Of a DNA stretch of 64,000 nucleotides, positions 25,483-38,240 are shown piece by piece. The position numbers and the translations under genes are program-made. The stretch is from Callorhinchus milii (lineage: Eukaryota). The number at the start of each line of letters is the position of its first letter. Positions within the stretch are counted from its first letter, which is position 1. The stretch lies in the NCBI RefSeq assembly GCF_018977255.1, contig NW_024704742.1:132930001-132994000 (forward strand), given 5' to 3'. A model generated the notes under the pieces. That model saw nothing but the letters and a program-made list of their open reading frames with translations, was not told the DNA's origin and did no database searches.

Positions 25483-26967
25483 AAAAGTGATCCGCCAATC
25501 GACTAGCAATCGGGTTCCTACTTACTGCCAGGTGAACAGAGGAGTGTGGAGTAAGGAAACTTCGCTAATGTTTTGGTCTGCCTAGGAATCGAACCAATAC
25601 GCTACAGGACTCCACAAATATTCTTTTGTACAGATGCTAAAAATCCCTTCTTTCTGCACATTGCTTTCATCCTGGGTGCTGCGGGTGTGTGTGGGGGTGG
25701 GGTGGGAGAGAGAGAGAAAGAAAAATGGGAAAACCAAGCCTGATTTAAGTGCTGCTGGGGAGAGGGCTTTCCTAAAATCTCCCCCAGGGCATAGAATTAC
25801 TGAAATTATCCTGTCAGATTAGTGTCAAAGGAAAGAACCTGCTCTGCTTATAATTATCCAACCTCACAGCGCAATATATATTATCCAACCTCACAACACG
25901 GTAAAATGCATAGCTGTAAAGGATTCAGCTGAAATAATTCTAGGGTAACAGAGTTAATGCGGGAATTGGTGTACTAATTTAAGACCTTTCCATCTCGTTG
26001 GGTGACAGATTGCCGTTCTGCACAGTCATTTTGACGCTGCGATTTCCGCGGGGTATTTAAAAGAAGCCGACAAGTTCTTTTGGTGGTAGGGAGAAAGTCC
26101 CTGGTATTTTTACAGCATCTTTTCTGGTCGAAATGTCTCGAAAAACTTTGCAGGAATCGCTGTCAAGTGTAGTGACGGCTTTTTCTTGGCAAACGCGCAG
26201 CCAGTTATCGAGGCGATGTCTCGCAAACAGCCATGAATAGTTTTAACTGGGGGATTGGTGACCAGGACATTGGGTGAAACTCATTTCTCTTTTCAATTAG
26301 TTCCGTGGAATCTTTAATGCTCACCTGTACAGACAGACAGATTTAAAATCTCATCCAAAATAGGGCATCTCTGACAATGAAGAGTTTCCCACCCCACCCC
26401 AACATCAGAGTGTCAGCCTCAACTATGACTGTGATTTTAAAATCCTCACATAATAATAAACCTTGCATTTGATATAGGGCCTTCGCCTCAAAGCTTTTCA
26501 CCGAATATACTGTAAAGTGAATTGACTGTATATTTTGTGGGCGAAAACATGGGACTTGAACCCACAACCTTCTGATTCAAAGGTTTGAGTGCTGTACTTT
26601 GAGCCAGGCTGAGACCTTGACTTTACACCTGATAAACAGGCAGGTTGTAAGCATAAGAAAGATATTGAATGTAATTTAAGGTTTGGTCTCACTAGCTCGG
26701 GAGAACCTCAGTTAAGATATTCATTTCTTGACAATAAATGCCTCAAATCAACTCCAAGTCAGACATAAAGAGAATATTCTGATCCTTTCAGTAAGTAAAA
26801 GGAATCTTTCAATGAAGGTTTCCAATCGGAAATCCTATTATAAACCTTCAGTGAACAATTCGTTTCACTTAATGATTTTTTTTTAGTCAGCCGGATATCT
26901 TAAACATGCAGAAACCCATTCAATGCTTAAGAGTCACATTACCCATCACCAGGCTTCACTCACTTAA

Positions 26968-27048
26968 TGACCCATTTCTGGATCATTAACTGTGCTCCAT
27001 CAATTCACTTAATGAATGGAGCACAGTTAATGCTACAGAAGTGGGTCA
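26968..27048. repeat. Inverted repeat / hairpin with 33-bp arms and a 15-nt loop
   Basis: TGACCCATTTCTGGATCATTAACTGTGCTCCAT versus ATGGAGCACAGTTAATGCTACAGAAGTGGGTCA: 30/33 Watson-Crick pairs, with the inner 17 bp perfect. Confidence 0.9.
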
Positions 27049-27831
27049 ATTGGCCCATCGAGTCTCTTCTGTTGTTTCTCTCTACAAGCATCACCACAAG
27101 CATTAGGTCCTATTCCACTCACCTATTCGCTCTCCACAACCTTTAATATCCCTTGTCGTTCGGGCAGGTATCTGTCCATTTTAAAATCATTGATGGACCC
27201 TGCCTCAAGAGCGGTTTGTGCAGAGAATTCCACATTATTATTAATATTATTATTAATAATAATTCTTTAATTTTGTATAGTGCCTTTTACTTCGGGAGTG
27301 CGTCTCAAAGCGCTTCAAAGGATTTAGTGTATAATGCAGTGACTGTATTATTAGGCGAATGTGGCAACCGATTTGTGCACAGCAATGTCCCACAAACAGC
27401 TATAAAGCGATGACCAATTTTATTGTTGGCCAGGACACTGGGGGAAACTCCCTTCTTTTTGGAAAAGTGCCACAGTATTTTTCAAGGGTATCTAGACAGT
27501 CAGACAGGAACTCGGTTTAACACCTCAACCAAAAGACAGACATTTCAACCACTCACTGTGTACTGGGAATTTTTCTAACCTCCCCCATTATATCTTTTTG
27601 TCATTGTCTTCAATTTGTTAAAAATTCACCAACTATTGCAAATAATCTATCACTTTTTACATCATCAAAACCCTTCATGGTCTTGAAGGCTATGCAATCA
27701 CCTTTAACCTTCTTAGCTGTGGTGGGGATAAAGAAACTAACTTCAGTGCAGTGTTGTTGGGGGAGAACTACATTGTTTGGGGAGGTACATTGGCTTTAAA
27801 TCACAACAAAGATGCTTATATAATAATGTAC

Positions 27832-28191
27832 AATAATAATCTTTGATTTGATAAAATGCCTTATCACGTCTTCAAGATGTCTCAAAGAGCTTCACAGAAT
27901 ACACTGTAAGGTGAATTGATTGTATATTTTGTGGGTGAAACGCAGCAGCCAATTGCGCAGAGCAGTGTCCCACAAACAGTCGTGGATTGAGTGACCAAAT
28001 TATTATTATGTTATTTTTTGAAGGGATTATTATCCTCAGAAAAGTAATCTGCCAATCGACTAGCAACTGGGTTCCTACTTACAGAGGTATGTGGAATAAG
28101 GAAACTTGCCTACCATTTCGCCCTGCTGGGAATTGAACCCAGGTCATCTTGCTTGCGAGGCGAGTGCTTTAATCACTAAGCTACAGGAATC
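27832..28191 (-). mobile_element. Full-length family B SINE
   Basis: Reverse complement of the family B consensus, head included. Confidence 0.88.
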
Positions 28192-29193
28192 AATAGGGAA
28201 GAGGGATAGACAGGTATCAGGGTATTAGAGGTATTAAGGGATATGGCGAAAGGGCGAGGCATTAGGATTAAAGGAGAAGTTTGATGGGCGAATGGCTTCC
28301 TCCTGTTCCTGTTTTCCTATATTCCTAATCTCAGCATTGCTTATTACTCTAGGCATCGATGGGTTGTCTCACACAGCCTGGTTTGGCTCAGCACCTCAGT
28401 ACAGGTTGCTCAGGCTTGCGGGAACCTTGAATTTCCTCATGCAGGACACTCTCCTTCTGCAAAAACGTGTAACCACATAATTTGATGTCGCCTGTCCCTG
28501 CTTGGCAGAATGCTTACCATTGTGAAGGAACTCAGCCCTGCCTCACAGACACTGACTCATTCCCTGCAATCTAAACCCATGATTACAGCAGTGTAAATGC
28601 AATGTCCCAGCAATTAAGCTGGCACATTGGTTTTCTTGCCTCTTGTTGTTTTCAAAGCAAAAAAAACAGCATTTGAATCTATTGAAGGGCCAGCTTGGCT
28701 CAGTTGGCTGCACTCTCACCTCTGAGTCAGAAATGTAATAATAGCAATTCTCTTTACAGCATAGTCTGTGAAGTGCTTTGAGATGTCTCAACGATATGAC
28801 TAGGTGCTATATCAAATGCAAAATATATTATTATTATTTATTATTGTATCCCGTGAAGCAGTTTGCAACTTATTTGTACAAAGTGATAAGGTACTGTATA
28901 AACAACAACAACTTGCATTTATTAGAGCTCCTCACGCAGGCCCTAATAATCTCCTCTGACAATGAGCCAAGGGGAGAGGTAGGTGAGTATCAATTCCAAG
29001 TACAGTATTATAATAATATCAGCAGTCTAAAATAAAATATTTCCTAATAGTAAATCCAAGGTACTAATAGCGACTCCTAGTTACTCCGGTAACCAAATTT
29101 TAGCACTGAGCTGTGGGATGTTTGCTCCGAGATTATGGACTTTCAAAGTGTCTGGAAAGTCCCATGTTGTTGGTGTAATGGGACCTCAATTTT

Positions 29194-29207
29194 CCAGCAG
29201 AGGTCGC
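29194..29207 (+). promoter_or_regulatory. Candidate CTCF binding site
   Basis: CCAGCAGAGGTCGC matches CCASYAGRKGGCRC at 13/14 positions and lies in a repeat-free stretch. Motif match only. Confidence 0.35.
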
Positions 29208-32200
29208 CATTTGAAACGCCAATTCCAAATAACACAGTTTAGATCCCATTGTCGTAGCCATTTCATTATCCCTGAGAGGCCTGAAGTGTGTGGGTCACAA
29301 CATGTGGTTTCAATTTAGGGTGTTTACCTTGCAGTGTCATGTCTTATTCTTTAGGAATAATACTTTGGAGAGAAATGCAAGTGCTTTGGGGATTTTAACC
29401 AACGGTATCACTTGCCCACTTATATCCGAGGCAAACAGGTATTATAGATATTGAGCACAAATTTTATAATGACAATTAATAATGACATGGCTGTTTGTGG
29501 GATGTTGCTGAGGCTGCAAATGTACAGTTGCTTCACTTCACAAAATCCTGCAACGCACTTTGGGACATCTCAACACTGTAATCAGGTGCTATACCAAAAA
29601 TGCAAGGCTTTCACATCAGACACACGTCTAGCAAGTGACTGAGCTGAAGGGCGATTTTCTTCAAAATTCCATCGTTTGTTGTCAACCGTTCCTTAGACTG
29701 GTGACTTTGTTTGCCCTCCAGCTGCCAGAGTTAATTCCCAATTTCTCATCTTTAAAGTACTTTATTCACCAAAGTATAAAGTTTGTGCTGTTGAGCATAA
29801 ACATTATGACACAAAGGTTTGCTTTTCCAAAGTTTCATTTCAATCTTTATACAAGTGACCAGAATCGAGTCACACAATTGGGGTTTCCGTATTTTGGGAA
29901 TATTGGAATTGGGGCCTCATAGTCTCAAGACGATCACAATCTCATTACTCACTCTCTCCGTGTACATTACACCTCTGTTTAACCACATTGGGACTTTGAG
30001 CTGAGATTCTGGGCTGGAACCACTGCTCGGGAGTGAGCATATCAGATATTCGTCCTTCAGATAAGGCTTTAAACCAAGATCCAAAACTGACCGTTCAGGT
30101 GGACAATAAAGATCTCCATGGCATGAATTAAAAAGAGAAGGGAGCCTCGTCCAGTTTCCTGGTCAACAATCCTCCAGATAACTTTGATCATTCATTTCAT
30201 GGCTGTTTGTGGAACATACTGTGCACAAATTGGCTGCTGTGTTCACTTACAAAATACACCACCTTACAGTAAAAACCTGTGAAACAATTTCAGATGCCCT
30301 CCTGACATGAAAGGCCCTATATCAAATGCATTGGTAGCGAAACTTTTTAAGGTTGGAACGGTTGAGGGTGGGAGGGGCGAATCACAATGAAAGACACTGG
30401 AGTGATCACTGGGACGCTTTGATGTGTCCATCTTCACCATTAAAAAAGATTGGTGACTCAATCCACGACTGTGTGTGAGACACTGCTGTGCGCAATTGGC
30501 TGCCACGTTTTGTCCACAAAATATACGATCAATTAACTTTCCAGTATATTCTGTGAAGCGCTTTGAGACGTCTCAAAGACGTGATAAGGCGCTGTATCAA
30601 ATATAAGGATTTGTTAATGTCTCAAAGCACTTCACAGAATATACTGTAAAGTGAATTGACTGTAATTTGTGTGCGAAATGCACAGATACACAGAGGAGCC
30701 TCAAAAAAAACATGAGGAAGAAAGAAAGATTCATCAGGGATGGCGAGAAGCCAAGTGTCCAAGCTGGAAACAATTTGAAAAGACCAGGGACTCATAAAGA
30801 GTGTAAAAATGAGGCTTGTAAGAGTTTGGACATGGCCTATGGTCAAGTATGACTGTAAAAGAACGCGTAAAGTAGGGGTTGTAAAAAAACTAATTGACAT
30901 GTTCAAACTATGGCGTCTCTGCAAGATATTGAGGGGAATCGCAGACAACTTAAAGTATCAACCAGTTGAGGCTTGATTTGTTTCATTGGTCACTCACTCC
31001 ATGGCTGTTTGTGGGACGCTGCTGTGCACAACTGATTGCTGTGTTTCACCCATAACAAAATAAAGTTTCATCCATTTACATTATATCCTGTGAAGGGTTT
31101 TGAGATGTCTCAATAATGTGATAAGGTGCTATGACCTATCTCAAGACCCTCCTCCTCAACTGTGCCTTTGATCTCCCTCCTTCCCCCCTGCCCTCCACTC
31201 TCTCTGATTTCGAACCCCAGCTTGGGTCAAGAACACTGATTGTTCAGCGCCTTGGGACGTCCTCCCGTTTTGAAAGGAGCTTTACAAATGTAATTTTGTT
31301 GTTGTATATTAAATGCAAGGATTATTATTACTTATTAACACAAAACTCCACCGCCCATATCCTCATCTGCGCCAAACTCCACACGCCCTTCACCCCAAAT
31401 CCTCACCAGGCTCCACTCGCTACCCGCTTGTAAATTTTGTGGGCAAAACACGACAGCCAATTTGCGCACAGCAGTGTCCCACAAACAGTTGTGGAGTGAG
31501 TGACCAAATTATTCTTTTTTTATTACCCCCAGAAAGTGATCTACCAATCAATTGACTAACAACATTCCTACTCACTGCTAGGTAAACAGAGGCGTACGGA
31601 ATAAGGAAACTTGCCTAAGGTTTCGCCCCGCTTGGGAATCAAACCTGGGATCTCTCGCTTGAGTGCTCTAACTAATAAGCTACAGGAATCCACACTCCAG
31701 ATAATGAAATGCAAAGAGGAATTTATTACCCAGTGGGGTTAATATCAGTCATGAGAACATTTCTTCACCAAAGAGACTGGTCTAGTCTTGAACATGTTTT
31801 GTGATAAATTTAAATACCAGTATTGTAAGGCACTTGTGCAAGACTGTGAGAGAAGCTTGTGATTGGCAATGACTGGCAAAGCCTCCAGACATGTAGGAGT
31901 CCTGCACAGAACAGAACTACTTAGAATATTCAAGGCTGCAATGCAGTAAAGTAACTTTCTTTCATGTCCTGGGGTCAAGGTGGAGTTGAACTTGGGCTGA
32001 AAGGTTTTCTTTACATATATGTAATGTACAGCACAGAAACAGGCCATTCAACCTCACTCATCTATGCCAGTGTTTATGCTCCACACTTGTGTCCACCCAC
32101 TTCTTCATACCCCAGCACCTTAGGTGTCAGTCTGGCTTGTTGGTAGCACTCTCGCCACTGAGACAGAAAGTTGTGGGTTCAAGCCTCAGGTCGCGACATT

Positions 32201-33345
32201 GAACTCAAGTAGTCTAGGCTGACAGACTATTTGAGTACAACATCCTGACTGCCTGTTTAGGTTTGCTATTTTGCAAGTAGCGCTATTTCAAAAAATGAAG
32301 GGAGTTTCTCCCAGTGTCCTGAGCAACAAATTCCCCTGGATAAAATTGCGGTCATTTACTTCATGGCTGTTTGTGGGTCACAGCTGTGTGCAAATTAACT
32401 GCAGTGCTTGCCTACATAGGCAAAAATTATTATTATTACTGTCAGTATTTGTGTATCACATGTTTCGTCAGCCACGAAAGAACCGCTGGCCTAATGGAAA
32501 ACAAAACAAGAACATTCGGTTACTTGGAAAGACAAGAAAGTTTCTTTAGAACCATAACTGGAAGGATCATGCCAGCATCAGCTCAATTCTCAAATATGTT
32601 TGTGGCCTATTTGTTTTGTTAAATAAAATGCTTGCTTCTTTCCATCATTCACCCACAAGACATCCAGTCACTTCACTTTGCCTCCTTTGAGGCCCGTCTC
32701 AAGACCTTCCTCTTCGACCACGCCTTTGGTCACCCTCCTAACCCCCTACTCCTGCCCTCTCCTGATCTCAACTCCCTGCTCGGGCGCACATCCTTGACTG
32801 TCATTCCTTTGGACATCCTCCCGACGTGAAAGGTGCTGTACAAATGTAAGTTGTTATTGTTCTTGTTTACTTTACATCTTGTGAGGTGCTTTGGGACATC
32901 CTCCTGAAGTGAAAGGCACTAATAAGCGTTATTATTTATAATAATAATCCTTGCATTTGATATAGCGCCTTATATTGTTGTTGAGGCGTCTCAAAGCGCT
33001 TCACAAAATATACTGAAAGCCAATCGACTAACATTCGGGTTCCTGCTTACTGCTGGGTAAACAGAGGATAGGCAAACAAATCAAAGCGTTTCACAACATA
33101 TTATAAAGCGAATGGACTATTATTTGGTCAATATTCTTAATTTTGCTGTGTTGTGCTGTTTAAATTAGTTTTACTGTACACAGCTATAGGTTGTGGCAAC
33201 AAGAATTGCAAGGTCTAAAGAGAGGTTTGGATGAAGGATGCTCTTTGGCTCAGTTGATCTCATTCTTTCTGGAATGCCCACCCTCCTTCTTCCCACTGCA
33301 GCATAGAGAGTCGTTTTTGTTAAAATTCCTGGACTCGCCACTTTT

Positions 33346-33725
33346 GGAGTCCTGTAGCTTAGTGGTTGGAGCAATCGCCTCGCAAGCGAGAGGACCTGGA
33401 TTTGATTCCCGGGCAGGGCAAAACATTGGGGAAATTTCCTTATTCCACACAACCCTGTTTACCTAGCAATAAATAGGAACCTGATTGTTAGTCGATTATG
33501 GATTGCTTTTCCAAGGATAATAATCCCTTTAAAATTAATAATAATAATAATAATTTGGAAACTCAATCACGACTGCTTGTGGGACATTGTTGTGCGCAAT
33601 TGCCTGCTGCATTCCTCCCACAAAACATACAGTCAATTCACTTTACAGTAAATTCTGTGAAGCGCTTTGAGATGTCTCGAAGACATGATCAGGCGCTATG
33701 TCAAATGCAAGGATTATTATTATTT
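33346..33725 (+). mobile_element. Full-length family B SINE
   Basis: GGAGTCCTGTAGCTTAGTGGTTGGAGC...GATTCCCGGGCAGGGC...GGATTATTATTATT. Confidence 0.9.
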
Positions 33726-34773
33726 TATTGTTGTTTGCTGAGCCAGACTGACATTTTGTAAAGAAAGCTTTCAAACGGTATTTTATCAAAAGCCTAGGCA
33801 CGCATATAGGCATACTGTCAATTTGGGGGTGACAGCTCCTCAGAATCTTCTGCAAAGTTGGTCATTAAATGCCAAATAAGTCACCCTGTAGGAACATTCA
33901 CGGTCGCAGTTTAGAGTGAAAGCATTCTGACTCATTGAAATTATTCGAATTTGTTCCAAACATTTTCTAGGCCCACAATTTGGGTGCCCTGCTCTATGTA
34001 GTTTGGGTTATTTTATCCAGGTGATCAGGCTCTGAGTTTTTGTGGTATCAAATGTTAGCTCCTAACCTCCACTCTGCCCACTTTGGCAGCTGAGCAGTGA
34101 TGTGAAATTCAAGGCAAAACACGGCCCATCTCCGTAACTCACCTCTCAATTGGTAATTCTCCTCTGAGTTGGTGGTGGATGAAAAGCAGGCGTCTGAGTT
34201 TGAGAACAGCTTGTGCAATTTTATTTTCTGGAGCACGCTAAAGAAATTGAACTGACGAGCAGAAAAAGTGGTCAGGTTTGAAGAGTTTTCGAAGGGCGAT
34301 AAATTGGACTTGTTAGCGATTTTCCTTGGCACACAGCAGGGAACTCAGCTCTGACCCTGCCTCAAAACTGATGAGAATGAAAGCATTATCCTAGCGGACC
34401 TTGAAAATATTTGAGTGCAAGTAATTTTATACTATGAGCAATTTTTCTATTTTGGGGGGGAAAAATGCAAACTAGACGTGAATCGACGGAGACACAATAA
34501 TGGCACAAGATACACTTGAATCTGCAGAAATATATTAATGATACAAAATAGACTCGACTTTGCAGAGACATAATAATGATATAATTTGGATCTCTGTCGG
34601 GTTGCATTTATAGGGCGCCCTTCATGGAGGAAAAGGTTTATAAGGATTGTGCTGGGCTCCAAGTGAGGGGGGGGGTAGGGGAGTTGACCACAGGACCTCG
34701 AAGCCGAATGATTTTTTAGGTGGAATTGAAAGACTGATGGGGGAATGGGGCGAGATAGAGAGAAAGGGGAGAG

Positions 34774-35125
34774 TGGACTCTTGTAAAATATTGGTTAGAG
34801 CACTCACCTCGCAAGCGAGAGAACCCAGGTTCAATTCCCGGCAGGGCAGAACCTTAGGCAAGTTTCCTTACTCCACATACTTCTGTTTACCTAGCAGTAA
34901 GTAGGAACTCGGATGGTACTCAAATGGCGGATGGCTTTTCGAGGGTAAAAATCCCTTAAAAAAAAGTGGTTACTCAATCCACGACTGTTTGTGGGATACT
35001 GCTGTGCGCAATTGACTGCCTTGTTTCGCCCACAAAATATACAGTCAATTCACGTTCAGTATATTCTGTGAAGCTCTTTGAGAGGTCTCAACAACGTGAT
35101 AAGGCGCTATAACAAATGCAAGGAT
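34774..35125 (+). mobile_element. Full-length family B SINE
   Basis: Same architecture, with B box GGTTCAATTCC. Confidence 0.88.
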
Positions 35126-37535
35126 ACATTAAAGGGAGTTCCGAAGCATGTCAGCATAGTTCTCTTGATTCCAACCTCCAACTCAAGTTAAGCAAACACT
35201 TAACTGCTCAACGCCTTGGGACATGCTACCGACATGAAAGGTGCTATATAAATGTAATTTCTTGTTGCTGACGATTCAGAGGGTTCGGGGGGCCATGCAG
35301 CAGGCCTGAATTAGCCAAGTGGAGGGGGATAGCAGAGGAGTGGGGTAGAAGATCACAGAGTTGGAGGTGGTGATGGGTGGAGGGGGCATCTACAGCCTGA
35401 AGAGATTTGTAGGTAAGAGTGAGGACCTTAAAATCATTCCATTGGGAGCCAGGGAGCCTGGCATGGAAGAGGGTGATGTGCGTGCATAGTTTGGTTGGCT
35501 AAGGCTACCAGAAATGAAGTTTTGATTGAACTGAAGCTTGTGGACAGTGAATCTCAGAAGAGCGTCAAGGTGTTCATTAAGGAGGTAACAAATGCATGAA
35601 TGATGGTCTCAGCAGCGTTTTCTGAGACAGGGATAGGGGCAGGCAGTTTGCTAAAGGTATAGGGACCCAGTCCTGGTCAGGAGCTAAATGTGAGGAAGGA
35701 GAGAGCACTAAAGGTTGAACTAGACACTGAGATAGCGCATTGGTTCAGGGAGTTTGAGGAGGTCAGCGCCTGATATTGTTGGCCAGAACAACAGGAGAAA
35801 CTTCCTTCTCTTTTCAAACATGCTGTTCAATCTTTAATATCCAACTGAACAGGTAAGATTGGACCTCAGGTTAATGTCTCATTTAAAGGATGGCGCCTCC
35901 AACAATGCATTGGGTTGTCAATAAATGCTGTGAAGCACTTTCAGATGGCCTCCAGACCTGAAAGGCGTCATTCAAATGCAGGGATTATTTATTATTGTAA
36001 CCTGTTCTGATCAACATAAACACAGGTGTATTAAAGGGAATATGTTGAGAGCAGGAGTGTGAGTCAAGAATCGGTGGCTTAAGTGTGGATAAACATCAGT
36101 ACAGTTTTGATGGACTGGCAGAAAGTTCAGTTGAATGTATTTAAGGGAAAACTGTGGGGGGCTCTTGTGAAGTATACACATTGGCCTTACTAGTTGGGCC
36201 AAATGGCCTGTTTCCCTGCAGTATAATAATCATAATAATAATAATCCTTGGATGTTATATAGTGCCTTTCACGTTGTTGAGATGTCTCAAAGCGCTTCAC
36301 AAGTTCTGAGTGACACTCTGTAACTCTGTGATGGAGTTCTATGAAACCACATTGTAAGAATCTAGGATTCCACGAGTTATCCTGTGTTACACTATAACAA
36401 CAACAAAATTAAATTTGTATAGTGCCTTTCACATCGGGAGGACATCTCAAGGAGCTGAATACAATACAACTCACACTTACAGTAGCGCCTTTCACATCCT
36501 CTGTGTTAATAAGGTGTTTATTCCAAACTTGCTGGAAACGGCAGTGCCCAATGCAAATAAATTCCCTGCTTTCAGTACTTTTTTTTGCTGTTCCTGCATT
36601 CAGACAGTTTGGTTACCAGCTCTTTGCGTATCCATGTTACTAGGTGTTTATAGTAGCATGAGGGGAGCCAGGCAGACAGACTGAGTTGGTGGAACAGAGA
36701 GAGAGAGAGGGAAAGTGCAGAGGGGGGCTACTGACTTTGCAGTGACTGATTGCTATTGAGTTAACACTGTCTCTGGCCCAGGCATCAAACGCAACAACAA
36801 CTGTACACTCTGCAGGGTGGATAATTCATTCTGACAAACCTAACAGTGTAGACTTGTGTGTTGGCCCCAATGTGATGGATGCCTGGTGACTCAACCCCCA
36901 AGAGGGCAATTGGAACAGCAAAGGCTAGAGAGGCCAGATTGCCAGAGCGTCAAATAAACCACAAAAAGAGCCCCGAATGGACCACTAAATGCTTGTAAAA
37001 ACACATTACCATTGCAGCGTTGACAAGCTTGAGCCCATTATAATGGTTACGCATATTATTTTGTTTCAGCCCGCTCTACAGCCAATGAAGGCGGAGTACA
37101 GTCCAAACACACACAATGCTGCTCTTAATGATAATTTTGTTTAGGCAGATTAAACAATTGGGGATGGAAAAGAAATGACACGTGATAATTATTCCAAAAG
37201 GCAGCCCGGCTCAGTCGGCAGCACTCTTGCTACTGAATCAGAAGGTTGTGTGTTCAAACTCCCACATCGAGTACTTTGGACTCACAGTTCAGTCCGACAC
37301 ACCAATGCAGTTCAGGGGGTATTCTGCATTGTTCGAGGTTCTGTCTTAATAATAATAATAATCCTTGCATTTGATATAGCCTGGCCATTTAAACTTCACT
37401 TCATGGCTATTTGAAGAACATTGCAGAGTGCAAATTGACTGCTGCATTTGTGTACAAAATACACAGTCACTACACTTTACCGTAAATCCTGTGAAGAGGT
37501 TTGAGACATCCTAAAATATCAATAATTATATAATT

Positions 37536-38240
37536 GTAGCTGTACTCGTTGCAGCTTCGCTTGCAACAAAAGGATCCAATATGGAATGTAGATTGACACA
37601 CAGATAGACATTTTGTCTTCATCTTTCCTCAGCTGGGAGGACTCCTGTGGGAGAACTCAGTGGGAGGACTCCTTTAATATATTTTCTCTCACAGTCTCTC
37701 TGTCTCACACTCTCTCTGTCTCTCTCTCAGTCTCTCTATCAGTCTCTCTCTTGCTCAGTGTGTGCATCTCTCTCTCTCTCTCTCTCTCCCTCTCTCAGTC
37801 TCTCTCACTCAGTCTTTCTCTGTCTCTCCTACAAAACACACAGTCACTACACTTCATAATATATTCTCTCTCACAGTCTCTCTCTCTCTCTCTCAATCTC
37901 GCTCTCTGCTTGTCCCACATGGGAGGACTCTAGCTCCCATGACAACCAGAAGCAGTGCCATACATTTCTCCCTCAACTGTGTGTGCTTTCCTCTGTCGCT
38001 ACGTAGTTGCAGAATATGATGAACACCTCACATTTTGGGGCTTAATTAAAGAATATTTTTTAATATAGCTCATCACCGATAGGAGATCCCCCCAAAAAAA
38101 ATATGCCCATGACACTGCCAGATGTAAGACCTTTCCGATGAGGTATAAATCATGTCTCTGTGTCAATTGGTTATTGCGTGAGTGTCAGATACACAGATAG
38201 ACAGTCACACAGACGCACACTTTGTCTTTATTATATAAGA
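37536..38240 (-). mobile_element. Probable non-autonomous Helitron (~705 bp)
   Basis: The minus-strand 5' end is A|TCTTATATAATAAAGAC followed by a (GTCT/GTGT)-like repeat. The 3' end has hairpin GTTGCA-A-GCGAAGC-TGCAAC 12 nt before a CTAC terminus (degenerate CTAG). The interior is microsatellite-rich and there are no TIRs. Confidence 0.62.

Larger units (their letters stand above)
24714..25612 (-). mobile_element. Family B SINE split by a Penelope-like insertion
   Basis: Tail at 24714-24801, body and head at 25483-25612. Confidence 0.8.

Noticed and set aside
26985..26996. ATTAACTGTGCT, shared with miR-16-1-3p as I recall it
   Set aside because: It is only a 12-nt match, and the hairpin lacks the TAGCAGCAC miR-15/16 5p seed arm.
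34250..34385. Other CTGANGA...GAAA strings (34252, 34368; also 837)
   Set aside because: Only 3-4 nt lie between the motifs, so there is no stem II and no stem I/III pairing. They are not hammerheads.
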